A stretch of 64,000 bases of DNA, taken from assembly GCA_964016885.1 (NCBI GenBank), contig OZ024743.1, positions 187,302,001 to 187,366,000 on the forward strand. Direction: 5' to 3'. This document shows positions 39,901 through 51,922 of the stretch, in pieces; positions within the stretch are counted from its first letter, which is position 1; every line of letters starts with the position of its first letter. The notes under the pieces were generated by a model that searched no databases, was not told where the DNA came from, and saw only the letters and a list, made by a program, of their open reading frames with translations. Origin of the DNA: Eledone cirrhosa (taxonomy: Eukaryota). The position numbers and the translations under genes were made by a program.

Positions 39901-42900
39901 TGGTGGACACGTTTGAAAGGGCTGAAGACGAGCACTTTCCTCTTCGGTGATGCCCTGATTAACTTTTTCAAATTTCAACACCATCAACACCACCAGTAGC
40001 AGAGATGGCAGCAACAACTGTAGCAGCAACAACAGAAGCAACTATAACAGCAACAACACCAGCAACAGTAGCAAAACCAACACCACCACCAGCAAAACCA
40101 ACACCACCACCACCCAACGCTTCAGAACTAGCACCAGCGCCTACACCATCCCCCACGCCACAACCAAAACTAACGCCTGTGGAGGATTTTCCACTCCCCG
40201 GCCTATCACAACTGGAGACAGATTGTGACGACGAGGAGTGGGAAACGATATACGGAAAAAAAAGAAACCAAAAAAGAAAAAATTCTCTTCCTTCCCCCTC
40301 CAAAAACAAAATACAGAGGGAAACAAATAAACTAAGCAACAAAAAAGTTAGGACAGATATGCCACCATCCACACCAGCATCACCAACCCCATCAACCCAA
40401 ACACCAACACCATCACCATCATTAACTCCAACACCACCATCACCTACACCACAAAAGTCACCAAAATGCGAAACAGAAACAAACCCACAACAAACGCAAA
40501 CAAAACAAAACAACCAAAACGATACACTCTACACAGCATTACATTTGAACAACAAGCAATTATTACACTACATCCAACACAACACCAGCATCACAGAAAA
40601 AGACTACACAACAACCCCAAAATTCACACCACCTCCACACATACAAATCACTCGCATCACACAGAAAACGTACATGACACTAAAACAAAAATTCCCCAAA
40701 GACATCGGAGACTTCCGACAAGCACTCTCCAGGAGGATTTATAAGGACATCCTTCCTGAGGAGGCCACAAGCAGTGAAAAGGATGGAAAAACCGTCCTTC
40801 CCCTACGAGAAGTAAGGTAAGTGGTCTTTCCCATCTTTTCCACTCCTTTTCAACATGACCTCACTCAGAATAGGCAGCATAAATGCGCGTGGCTTGGGGT
40901 CGTCATGGAAGCAGGGCCACCTGCTCAACGACCTCAGGTCACTAAACATAGATGTAGTGGCCATCAGCGAGACCAGAATCTCCGAAGCACAGGCTTTCGC
41001 ACCGATCTTCGGTGGCTACGATGTCTACGCATCTCCCAGCCGTCCGGGATCGGGGGGAGGAGTTGCTGTGCTTTTTCGGAGAGGTTTGGATCTTGCCATA
41101 CGAGCCATCTTCCTGGACCCAGAAGGTAAGTTGGTGGTGCTGGACGTGACCAGCGGAGACGGGCAAGCTTTCAGGTTAGTGGCCGTCTATGCCCCGACAG
41201 GAGCAGGGCGGCCTGATTTCTTCCGGCGTCTGGAGACCTTTCTTGGAACGTCCCGCTCTTTAGTGTTAGTGGGCGATTGGAACGGGATCTTAGATGCACG
41301 CTGGGATTGTGTGGGATTAGTGGATAGGGAAGGAGGGTGCAAGAGTCTCACCAACCTGCTCAGACGTTTTGAACTGTCTGACAGGTACCGAATGGATTTC
41401 CCGAATGTACCAATGTGGACTTGGACAAATCGCATAGGGTCATCCAGATCATATCTAGATAGAGTATTTTGTAGGGAAATAGATAGGACTAGCATAGGCT
41501 GTCCACAATTTAAGATAGTCAGCTACACGGACCACAAATTTGTGATCTGTGTGCTTGACTTAGATAGGCTTCATAGGCGAGGACCCGGCTACTGGAAGCT
41601 AAACGCGTCCTTACCAGCGCGCAAGGCCTACAGAGACCGGATTAGCGAACTAGTTAAGCGGGCCTTGACGGGGGCCATCGTCAACAACAAGTGGTGGTTT
41701 GCTCTGAAAAGAGCAATTAGAATAGAGTCCATTATGTTTAGTAAGACTTTAGCAATAGAGAAAAATAGAGCAGAGGGAGAACTAGTTAGAAAATTAGATG
41801 AGGCGCTTAGCAAAGGCATCGCGACCGACGTACTTGCGGCGAAATTGGCCCTTGACAAATTCTTCAATGCAAAACACGAAGGTTGCGTTGTCAGAGCTAG
41901 GGTGCGTGCTCTCAGACACGAGGGGACGAAAGCCGTTCAATGGGCCCGAGTGGCGGACGCGCGTCGTGGCAACAAAACCACGATCCGGCCTTTGGTGAAC
42001 CACGACGGGCGCATGCTACTCGATCCCGGGCAAATGTGTGAAGCTTTTCAGCGACACTTCGCTCAACTGTTCGGGGGCAGTGGCGGGCCGGATCGAGGGA
42101 TGGACTTTAGTGTCTACCTCGACGGACTGCCGCGGCTGTCGGCCACTGAGGCGGAGTGTTGCGAAAAGCCGATAACAGCCGCTGAAGTACGGGAGGCAAT
42201 GACTGGTTGCACAAGGGGTAAATCGCCTGGTTTGGATGGTCTGCCCTATGAACTTTACGTACAAATGCCAAACTTGTTCGGAGGCCTCTTGGCGGACGTC
42301 TACTGCAACTGGCAACAGAACGGGAGAATTCCCAGCTCTGTGGGCAGAGGAGCGGTGGCGCTGCTGAGAAAGGATCCGAACAAGGGGGATAACATAGATA
42401 ATTTTAGGCCCATAACTCTGCTAAACACAGAGTTCAAGATTTTGGCCAAGGTGCTAGCAAAGACGTTGGCGCTTGTCGTTGGTGGTCTGGTGGGAGAGGC
42501 ACAGACATGCGCCATTCCCGACAGATCCATCCACGACAACCTCCACCTCATGCGATACATCGTAGAGAGGGTAGCTAGGGAACCTGGGACGGGTGGGTCT
42601 TTGATCATTTTAGATCAGTCGAAAGCCTTCGATACGGTCGACCATCGTTGCCTAGAGGCAGTCCTGAGGGCGGCTGGCTTTGGGCCCGTCTTCAGAGGCT
42701 GGATCGCTGCCATGCACAGCAACATCTGCTCTGTAGTGAGAGTGAACGGTCACCTTTCGGAACCGTTCAACATCATGCGCTCGGTCCGCCAAGGATGTCC
42801 CCTTTCGTCCCTATTGTACGTATTGACTCTCGAGCCATTACTGCACAAACTGGAGACGTTGAGGGGGATCCCGCGCGAACTAGGATGCGGAAGATCCGTG

Positions 42901-43819
42901 TCAGCATATGCCGACGATGTCACCGTAGTGGTGTCGAACGCCAAACACATCGAGGCGATCGGCACTACACTAAGAGAATACGAAGCGGTGACAGGAGCAA
43001 TGATCAACCAGGAAAAGTCAGTGGGCCTGCAGCTCAGCACCTGGAGAGGCAGGTCCATGCCGTCTAACAGCGTCGTCGGGCGCTGGACAGACGGACCGGT
43101 TAAATTGCTAGGGGTCTGGTTCGGTCCAGACCTCCAGACGGACAAAAACTGGGACGAGGTGACGAGCAGGGTGGCTTCTCTCACCCAGAAATGGGCCGAG
43201 AGAAAGCAATCCCTGAAAGGTCGAGCGGAGGTGGCTAACGCGTACATCGCGTCCGTCATCTACTACCGCTACCGCCTGACCGTCGTACCTTGTCCTAAGC
43301 CCCGCCTGACTGCGCTGGAGCGTTTGCTCTTTCGCTTCTTGTGGATGGGACGCGCTCCGATGGTCAGGCGGTCCATCTGCTGTCAACACCCGCTACGTGG
43401 AGGGCTGGGCATGCCGTGGCTGATGGTGCGCAGACACGCGCTCAGGCTACGACATCTCCACCTCTTCCTCGACGGTGATCAGGTGTGGTCGCCGTTTGCT
43501 AGACACGTTTTTCCCCAGCTCGTCTCCTTGACGGAGCTGCAGTCCTGGGTCAAGCGAAGACCGAGAGGGAGCGCTTGGAGACTGGAATGTCTTCAGGCGC
43601 TCACAGCCCTCGACCAATCGGGCAATGTGATCGGTGGAAACTCCACCTTGGCGTTCTATAGGGGATTAGTGGAGGGGAAGAGCGACGACGTACTTGGAGA
43701 AACTCTAGGCGTCGACGAAAATCAACTAGCCAATCTCTTCGGAAGGACTTTCGGGCCGGGGCCTATGGACAACTTCCAGAAATCCCTGGCCTGGCAGTGC
43801 TACCGGGGTGCTTTGCCAG
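36972..43819 (+). mobile_element. Tx1/L1-clade LINE copy 2, internally duplicated and deleted, 3' end lost
   Basis: Starts right after (ATT)n. ORF1 with RRPRCVVCGEGTHLRAFC (CCHC). Duplicated segments 38329-38667 / 39980-40310 and 38668-39637 / 42850-43819. Confidence 0.92.
37691..38680 (+). CDS. Tx1 ORF1 (gag-like) central part: RRM-like region, CCHC knuckle, Pro/Thr linker. The C-terminus is in 40005-40820
   Basis: ORF track and homology to the ORF1 fragments of copy 1. Confidence 0.75.
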   Translation: MGTGSASPPPHNKMEHRRLCTVSYRTINVKSRRVERASESQIQKALGHVWARKTHIRRGQKYGTVDMFFETPEEAREHSMAPLKSDDFTLVPSYCGQRLVKIRVTHVPPAIEIPWLIAAVLAGIVANTKIIAIAKEKQENWSGSGMELLIQADQKSIDEIPEVIDLTDGSHLTVIVEGRRPRCVVCGEGTHLRAFCHQAKRLRPPLLPTPVTQPSTPPVAEMAATTVAATTEATITATTPATVAKPTPPPPPAKPTPPPPNASELAPAPTPSTTPQPKVTAVEDFALPGLSQLETDCDDAEWETISGKKKETKKEKILFLPPPKTNWRR

Positions 43820-43890
43820 GCGTCTTCGGCCAGGCGCATTCGCCTGGCAACCCTAACATGGTCTCTTGCGAGCTAACTTCAAAACGGTAA
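40855..43890 (+). CDS. Tx1 ORF2 (APE endonuclease + reverse transcriptase), 1011 aa open; the last ~23 aa come from the adjoining LTR
   Basis: SINARGL, ISET, VYAP, GDWN, SYLDR, TDHK, KSPGLDG, DQSKAFD, RQGCPLS, AYADD. Homology to Tx1 stops at 43819. Confidence 0.9.
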   Translation: MTSLRIGSINARGLGSSWKQGHLLNDLRSLNIDVVAISETRISEAQAFAPIFGGYDVYASPSRPGSGGGVAVLFRRGLDLAIRAIFLDPEGKLVVLDVTSGDGQAFRLVAVYAPTGAGRPDFFRRLETFLGTSRSLVLVGDWNGILDARWDCVGLVDREGGCKSLTNLLRRFELSDRYRMDFPNVPMWTWTNRIGSSRSYLDRVFCREIDRTSIGCPQFKIVSYTDHKFVICVLDLDRLHRRGPGYWKLNASLPARKAYRDRISELVKRALTGAIVNNKWWFALKRAIRIESIMFSKTLAIEKNRAEGELVRKLDEALSKGIATDVLAAKLALDKFFNAKHEGCVVRARVRALRHEGTKAVQWARVADARRGNKTTIRPLVNHDGRMLLDPGQMCEAFQRHFAQLFGGSGGPDRGMDFSVYLDGLPRLSATEAECCEKPITAAEVREAMTGCTRGKSPGLDGLPYELYVQMPNLFGGLLADVYCNWQQNGRIPSSVGRGAVALLRKDPNKGDNIDNFRPITLLNTEFKILAKVLAKTLALVVGGLVGEAQTCAIPDRSIHDNLHLMRYIVERVAREPGTGGSLIILDQSKAFDTVDHRCLEAVLRAAGFGPVFRGWIAAMHSNICSVVRVNGHLSEPFNIMRSVRQGCPLSSLLYVLTLEPLLHKLETLRGIPRELGCGRSVSAYADDVTVVVSNAKHIEAIGTTLREYEAVTGAMINQEKSVGLQLSTWRGRSMPSNSVVGRWTDGPVKLLGVWFGPDLQTDKNWDEVTSRVASLTQKWAERKQSLKGRAEVANAYIASVIYYRYRLTVVPCPKPRLTALERLLFRFLWMGRAPMVRRSICCQHPLRGGLGMPWLMVRRHALRLRHLHLFLDGDQVWSPFARHVFPQLVSLTELQSWVKRRPRGSAWRLECLQALTALDQSGNVIGGNSTLAFYRGLVEGKSDDVLGETLGVDENQLANLFGRTFGPGPMDNFQKSLAWQCYRGALPGVFGQAHSPGNPNMVSCELTSKR

Positions 43891-45776
43891 CAAATAACTT
43901 TACTTCATTCTTTCATCTACTCATGGACATGTCAACTATACTATTCTACATAACTTCAACTTGTTAATTAAACTTTAAACACACAACTGAGTCTTTTGTT
44001 ATATTCATACACACCAGTATTTTGTTATAAGTAGTGACCCCGAAAAAAAAAAAAAAAATAACAGGTTCTGGTGTTGTGTGAGTATGGAAAAAAGAAAATT
44101 AATTAGCAGTACCCCATTTTCGTTGGAATGCGTCGACTAAAATTTCGAATACACAGCAAACTTTATTAACAAACTAGGAAAAATTCGCTGACACAGAAAC
44201 GAACACACGCACATGTGAAATTCTCGTTCAGACAGATTCTTTTTCAACATGAACATTTATTTTTGCTGAATCTCAACTATTGCTTATTCTTTCCACCAAG
44301 TTTTTTTCATCGTTCACAAAAAATTGAACTCGCCATATTTGTTATACCAAGTGAAGCCTTTCTGTCTTTTTCATCATATCACGTTCACATACAAATTTTT
44401 CAAAATGGCTGCCAACGACCTGTTGCACTATCATTTTCGCGCGATTTTCTCGCGCAAAGAAATATATTTTTTTTTCAACTTGACTTTAACCTTGTTTCGG
44501 CACCTGTGGGGAGCACACATCTCGACTCACTGAGATAACCCACGCCATAGATAATGTTTCTTGCCAAGGTCTCTCCAGCCTTAAGATATATTCTCCTATT
44601 TGCCGGTTTAAAAATTTACCACGTAAATTTGTCGTTGAAAATTGCGCATTTATTCAGAATGCTTATTTCATTGGTCGCTGGCCTCTTGACCCTTCCAGGC
44701 CAACGCATTCTCAACATCGACCATCAACTTTGGCTGTTATTTCTAGCACTTTGCACAACTCATTTTTTCTGAGAAAATTTTTACTGTGAATTTAAACAAC
44801 ATCGAATACGCTCACTCCGCGAGACAACAACTCATTTTTTCTAACTTTTTACTGTGATTTGAAACAACTTTGAAAGAGTTATCTCACTCCGCGAGACAAC
44901 ATCAACAACCAGCTTCATCTTTGCTTTAGACAACAGCAACAACCAAAACCAGCAGAACAAGACAGAGAATTTATTTTTGCAGCACTCCTGTGAGAAAATC
45001 CCTTCGGAGGTTGGGAATTTCACGTTATACCACAGACCAGAAACCACCTGCATACGTTCTCTGGAACACACTTTCTTTCCTGCTGTCATGTGATTGCACC
45101 TCTGTGAACTGTATTTTGAACATTTGAACTTTGACCTCTTCTTTTACTTTGATTACATTGTATCTTTGAGTGATGGATAGATAGATGTCCAGTCGTTCTC
45201 TGGCCAAGAGCGGTTGGCTGCTTGATATCTATCATTGATTTTTGCATGCATATATTTTGCTGTTTTCCTTTTATTGCAAACATTATTTTTTTCATAATTT
45301 TCATGCCTGGACTTTGGTGTTACATGCTCGCCATCTTACTCCATACATGGTTCATTCGATTTTTATATTTTAAAAATCTGGCGGAAGATAATGTAGCAAG
45401 AGTTACCTCCCTTATGACAATCACATCACCGCTCTCTAGACAGGAAGTAGCTGGAGTTACTTCCTGTTGGGGTGGCAGAACCCCTTTTGTCACTTCCGTC
45501 TTGAGACCCTATAAAAGGGAAACTCAGAGCGATCTCTCTCTCATTTTGCCCTCTTCTCACCTGCCTGGCCCTTCGGCCAGGCGCATTCGCCTGGCAACCC
45601 TAACATGGTCTCTTGCGAGCTAACTTCAAAACGATAACAAATAACTTTACTTCATTCTTTCATCTACTCATGGACATGTCAACTATACTATTCTACATAA
45701 CTTCAATTTGTTAATTAAACTTTAAACACACAACTGAGTCTTTTGTTATATTCATACACACCAGTATTTTGTTATA
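43824..45776 (+). mobile_element. Non-autonomous Gypsy-like LTR element: truncated 5' LTR 43824-44029, complete 3' LTR 45392-45776
   Basis: 206-bp direct repeat with 2 differences seen. PBS-like tagtgaccccga at 44032-44043 (cf. TGGTGACCCCGA, tRNA-Trp). Purine tract ggcggaagataa before TGTAGCAA. TATAAAA at 45510. No pol ORF. Confidence 0.82.
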
Positions 45777-48678
45777 GATGTGATCTTTTTCAAGTATGGG
45801 AGGTGGTTGATGCTCCCACCAATTCTTTTGATGGGGCAGGTCAAAATGCTTACACATTATCCAATGTATGTATTGTGCAGCTCTGTCATGCCTGTTTAGG
45901 TATTTGGTTGGAGCTATAGTACTGCACATTGAAATTATATGATCAATGGTCTCTGGTTGTTTTTTACATACACGGCATAATGGGTTGCATCCATTTTGTA
46001 TTATGTTGGCTTGGTAATTTTGTGTTGGCAGACACTGATCTTGTGCTGATATAATCAGTCCTTCAGTCTCCGATTTCAGTCCAGAGGATGCCAACCACTG
46101 ATCGGTTAAAGTTTTGTCAACATCAGGATTGTTAGGTCTTTCTGGGTATTTTCCATGCAGAGGCTTTTCTTGCCATTTCTTAGCCAGTTTCTGTAGCAGT
46201 TCTTTCTTTTCAGTTACTTTTACCTGCTTTGCTTTTTCTGTGTTTTCCATTTCAGCAGTAAATGGGACTTCTGAAATTTGTAGTCCATTTCTGTATCTTT
46301 GTGCATCTTTTGTAATGGAGTATGATCTTTTGATGCATTCGTGTTTCAAAACGAGTTTGATCATCCAATCATGTCCCTTAGATATGTAGATAATCCAATT
46401 GTTGGAGTTTTCAACGCAATATCTAACTGGATTAACCCACGTCCTCCTTCTTTCCTAGGGAGATATATTCTATCTGTATCTGCCTTAGGGTGATGCATTC
46501 TGTGCATGGTTAAGAATTTTCTAATTTTTGTATCGAGCCTACGGATCTATGTGCTTGACCAGTTGATGACATTGTAATTGTAGGTTACTACTGGTATGGC
46601 AAGCGTGTTTATTGCATCGATCCTATTCCTTGCATTCAATTCCGTTCTTAAGATTGCTCTTACTCTGCGGTAACATTCCTTCCTTATCCTTTCCCTCATT
46701 GTCGAGTGCTTGATTCCGTCTCCTTCACAAACACCTAGATATTTGTAAGTTTCCTCTTGATCAGGTTCTCTTATCACATTCCCCCGATTAATACTAATGT
46801 CTGAACTTTTCAGCAGCTTTCCTCTGGTGAACGTTGCTTTGGCGCATGTATCTAGTCGAAACTCCATTTTAATGTCATCACTGAACTGCTCCACAGTGGA
46901 TAATAGCCCTTGCAATTGTTCATCATTTTTTGCAAATAGTTTCAGGTCACCCATGTAGAACAAGTGATTAATGGTTTTGTCATAGACTTTATATCCATGT
47001 TTTGTTTCATTGAGCATTTTACTTAATGGTATAAGTGCGATGCAGAATAAAAGCGGTGATAAAGAGTCACCCTGAAAAATCCCACAATTAATATTAACTT
47101 CTCCAGCTTCCAGTGATGTTGTTTCACTATTCAAAAGGAGTGTTGTTTTCCATGTCTTCATACTGAATGACAAGAACCTCCTGACAACGGGGGATATTTT
47201 GAAAATCTCTAAACATTTTTCAATCCAACTGTGTGGCAAACTATCGAATGCTTTTTTATAATCTATCCAAGCAATTGATAGATTTTTGTGTCTATTATGA
47301 CAATCTTCTAGTATCATTTTGTTAACCAAAATCTGATCCTTACAGCCATATGAGCCTCGTTTACACCCTTTCTGCTCATTGGGAAATGGGTCATTTGTTA
47401 TCAGGTTGTCATATGTATATTCAGTTAGGACTGATGTTAAAATTTTATACATTGTGGTCAAGCAAGTTATCGGTCTGTAATTTTTGGTATTGTTTGTCTC
47501 ATCATTCTTCGGAAGCAGGAATGTAATGCCGTTAACTAGCCATGATGGTATCTTTTCTGGCTCCTTAACTATTTCATTGTAAAGTTGGGCTAACAGCTCA
47601 TGAGACTCTGTGAAGGCATTTATCCAAACATTTAATATTTTGTCTTTTCCTGGGGATTTCCATTTGCTGGTTTTTCTAAGAGCCAAACGCAACTGTTCAA
47701 CTGTTATATTTTCCCATATTTATTCCTCAAGGTGAGCTGTATCTTTCATTTGTCTGTCTATCCATGGGGCATGTATATAATGAACTTTTTCTTCGGCCCA
47801 GATCTTTTCCCAGAATTCTTGCACTTCCTCCTTGGGTGGTATTGATTTAGCAGTTATTGTTGACTTTCCAATTTTTCTGTAGAAGTTTCTTTGGTTGTTT
47901 TTGAACATATTATTTTCCTTATAGAACCTAGATCGTTTTCCAAAGCGCCTTATACGAGCAGCTTTGGCCGACACTTTTTGCTTGATTATTTCTATCAGCA
48001 TGTCTATGTCACTTGTTGATTTTATACTGTATTTTCTTTTCAATTTTCTAAGTTTAGTTTGTTTAACATGTTCACCTACTTTGTAGTTTGTTAAAATTTC
48101 TATGTCAGATCGGAGAAGGTTTATTTGGCGATTGATGTTCTCTTGCCAAGTAGATTTCTTGTGGGAATTCATTTGTTTTTTTCATTTTCACTCCACATAA
48201 GTGAGTGGTGACTTTAGCCGATGCATAATAAAGATTATTTAAATCAGTAATGTTTAGTTTGTTTGTGATGATAATGTTTTTTAGAATTATGTTAGTCTTG
48301 TGTATTATCTTTTGGTTCTGTTTGGAGTTCTGGATCTTAGGGAGGGTTTCTCATTCCCCATGTCAGATTCTTTCATTTTCATCCATTCGATCATAATTTC
48401 ATCCTTCAAGTTGGCAAGTTCATTCTCATTCATTTCTTTATCATTTACGATCTCATTGTTTTCATTTTGAGTTTCATCTTGAGCATGCACTCCCTCCACT
48501 TTTTCGATCATTTCGTTAATTTGTTCTGTTGTCAGTGATTCCGCCCCAACCCTGGGATTCGAAGTGTTACAATTTACCTCGTTTTCACTGACACATGTTT
48601 CATTTTCCCTTCGCTGACTTTGTGCTAATAGCTTGATCTGATCAATTTCTATATCAGTTAGTAACTTTTTTTTAACAA
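45777..48678 (-). mobile_element. R4/Dong-type family B, copy 2; 5'-truncated, 3' end replaced by the LTR element
   Basis: Pieces 47720-48172, 46547-47692 and 45711-46364 closely match 34899-36948. (ATT)n at 48678-48713. Confidence 0.93.
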
Positions 48679-48710
<32 letters not shown>

Positions 48711-49376
48711 TTATAAAATTTGATGTTTATGCAACAATATAAAATTATTCAGCATAAAACATAAACAAGCTCTACATAATTTAAAAGATAAAGTCTGTGT
48801 GAAATAATGTAAGAGTGGAAAAAGCACTGTATTTCTAATCATGTCTAAAGACAAATATGCTGCAAACAAATTATCAATTTAATCAATGATATAAACAAGT
48901 TTATAAGGATTCAGTGACAATCATACAAATAAGAGCCCCTTTTATTTTCCCAACATTAAAGAATTCCCCCTGCTGTAAAAACAGTACAAATATGCAAACA
49001 AAATGGCCATCAGAAGACCATAATTTCTTTAATAAATACACTAAATAATTAGAAAACATTGCACACAATGTAATTGGAAAAGTTCCAAGAGATCTGAGAA
49101 AACCCACTACAGTAGGCAACATCTCCACCTTAGACAGAGTGGCTATTTATCAAATTTCTTGTATCAGAAACAAGTGCAAACATATTAAGTAATGTAGAGA
49201 AACACACATGAGTACCATGATGCCAGCTAATATACTAAAGGAATTATTAGTGTGCTGTACAACAGAAATACCCTTTCACTGTCTACAAGCACGAGTGGCC
49301 ATGAGCTTTTCCTTAGGCTCAGTTTCGTGCCATTCTATGTGATCATTATAGAAAATAAAGTGGCATTATGACATGA

Positions 49377-49558
49377 ATTGGCAGTACCAGTAGAGGGTCG
49401 GACGCCATGCTTTGACACATAGAGTTACGGCCCTTGTCATTCTGAGTTCAAATCCCGCCGAAGTTAACTTTGCCTTTCATCCTCACGGGGTCGATAAAAT
49501 AAAGTACCAGTAATCTACTGGGTTATTGCTGGCCTTGTGCCAATAGTAGAAACAATTA
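49377..49558 (+). mobile_element. tRNA-derived SINE, family 1
   Basis: Same A box, B box and core as 9576-9755. Confidence 0.9.
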
Positions 49559-50117
49559 TGACATAAACATAATATTTGTTAGGTATATAGATGGTACACT
49601 TGCTGTAATGTTCAAACTAATGTTCAACAAAATATTTCGGTATAAACATTTAGAAAATATATTTTGTTCATTCACAACAAAGGAACCAAACATATAAATA
49701 TACATACTTAGACAGATAGAGAAAATGTCCACACATACAAAATGTCAGTGATAAATTCCCTACTCAGAAAAGCATTTACTTTCTTCCATGCAAATGAAGC
49801 ACCTAATAAAAATAGCCTCATAGTAAAACAAATACTAATCAACAATGGGTAGTCTAACAAGTTAATAGATTAAACCGTAGAACGATGCAATAAATACATC
49901 AGATACCAAACACATTAAAATTACACCAACACATAGAATCTATTAAGTGTATTGAAAACGTACTAACTATAGAATAGAATACTTTATCACAACTCTCCTA
50001 AAATAGAACAAAAATCCTTTATATCAAACCATAAACTAGCACTCTTAAAGTACACTAAAATTGAAAACCTTCTTATCAATATCAAACTGCAAACCATACT
50101 CTCTACACTCTGAAAAT

Positions 50118-50380
50118 TAGTTGGTGATAGGAAGGGCATTCAGCTGTAGAAAATCTGCTAAACAAAGAGTTTGGAAGGCTATTTAGCTGTGTCAAAAACA
50201 TGACAACAACCCTAGAGTTGGTGCCACATAAAATGCACCTGGTAGAGTGTGGGATCATATGTAAGATGTAGGTCACAGGCCTATATGAGAGGTCAGTAGC
50301 TCCACTTGATACTGATTTGGTCTGCGAAGACCTGTCAAACCCTTGTTAGCAAGGCAGACAGATGTCAAATGATGATGATG
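50118..50380 (+). mobile_element. RTE 3' UTR-like remnant ending in (GAT)n
   Basis: aggaagggcattcagctgtagaaa is the reverse complement of the motif at ~2755-2780. Ends in a gatgatgatg tail. Confidence 0.6.
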
Positions 50381-51287
50381 AAACTTGTAAACCTAAAAAA
50401 AAATTATAAATGACTTATGAATTTAGTTGGAAACAAAAATTCTAAGATAATATATTAGCTATAATAAAAAACACTTTGCATCTGGATCACTATCTACTTA
50501 AAATGAAGAACAATTGCAATGCTTTACACCAAAAGTTCTCAACCCATTTCAGCCAAACCCCTTTTGCCCCTCGAAATCACGAAACGCCCCCTACCCTATT
50601 TTTCCATTTTTCAATATACTACTGATTTTGATATCAGTAGATTACTGGGCCAAATCAAGTTATGTTAGAATCTTTGAAAAATACTCGTACGAATTAAATA
50701 CAAAAAGTTTCAGTCCAAAACAAAGGCAAACTATTTAAAATTATATATTTTTGAAAAATAGACGTGAATGTTCTCAACGATTTGATCTCAGTCGAATAAG
50801 CTTTGTTTTTAAATTCTATATTTCACTGTTAGCTGTTGTAATATTTTGAGTGGATAGACAATTCTATAATTCAAACTGTAAAGTCAAAATACAAAAGATG
50901 CAAAATATGAAGAATTTCTCACCTTTCTCTGAAATCACAAACTCAAGGGAAAAATAATACCTTGCAAAATAAAATACCTCGTAGCAAAATGAAATACTTA
51001 GTAGCAACGAATGAATTGAGAAGCTTGATGACAGTGAGAAAGCAATATCTGTATTCCTTATATATATATAAAGATAGATAGATACACACACACATAAACA
51101 CGCATGCACACACACACACACAGACACACACACACATACACACACACAATACACACACAAACACACACATACATACACACACACAAACTTGTGTGTGTGT
51201 GTGCCTTTGGTACAGAAAGAATTTTGTCTCTAGTTTTTATTGCCAGGTCAAAGGCCACGGCTCTTTTCAACAACGCCAAATAGCAAC

Positions 51288-51360
<73 letters not shown>

Positions 51361-51362
<2 letters not shown>

Positions 51363-51790
51363 ACTCGTTCTTCCTCACTTTTCGTTGCTTCACCATCTTT
51401 GTTTGTTTACACTCTCGTGTCACCTTTATTTACGTGCCCCAACGACTCATTTTAGCCGTTGCTCGCACCAACCGGAGGTATATGGTCTTTAAAGCGATGA
51501 AATACCAATGATGGTTGGAAGATCACTGATGAAGGACTAACTTTATTCATATGTAACCCATTTGCAACCACGCAGCACGTTTATTCTCATATTTACACAA
51601 AGCTGTGACCCGTCTATTTCGTTCTTACTGCTTCCTCTTTCTCTGTATCTTTACCCTCTCTAACAGTCACTCTCTCTGTTAGCCTCTTCCTCACCCTTCA
51701 CTCACTCACTCTCTGTTACTACCACTCCTCCTCCTCCTTCTTCCCGTTTGACCTGTGCGTAATTCCTTTCTTTCGCACGCTTGGTGAGGC
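51361..51790 (+). repeat. Unclassified (TA)n-associated interspersed repeat; second copy at 59060-59445
   Basis: 51361-51585 aligns by eye with 59218-59443, and 51745-51780 with 59107-59142. Confidence 0.75.
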
Positions 51791-51853
51791 TTGTTCGCCT
51801 TTTTTCATGAATATGTATATTATTATTGTTGTTGTCATTATTATTATTATTGC

Positions 51854-51922
<69 letters not shown>

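Noticed and set aside
40814-40824. Splice-donor-like AGGTAAGT overlapping the Tx1 ORF1 stop
   Set aside because: Only partly conserved in copy 1 (aggtaaat) and no evidence of use.
50520-50880. Possible DNA transposon end; also the hAT-like ttgggaacc at ~52627
   Set aside because: No partner TIR or TSD could be identified in the window.
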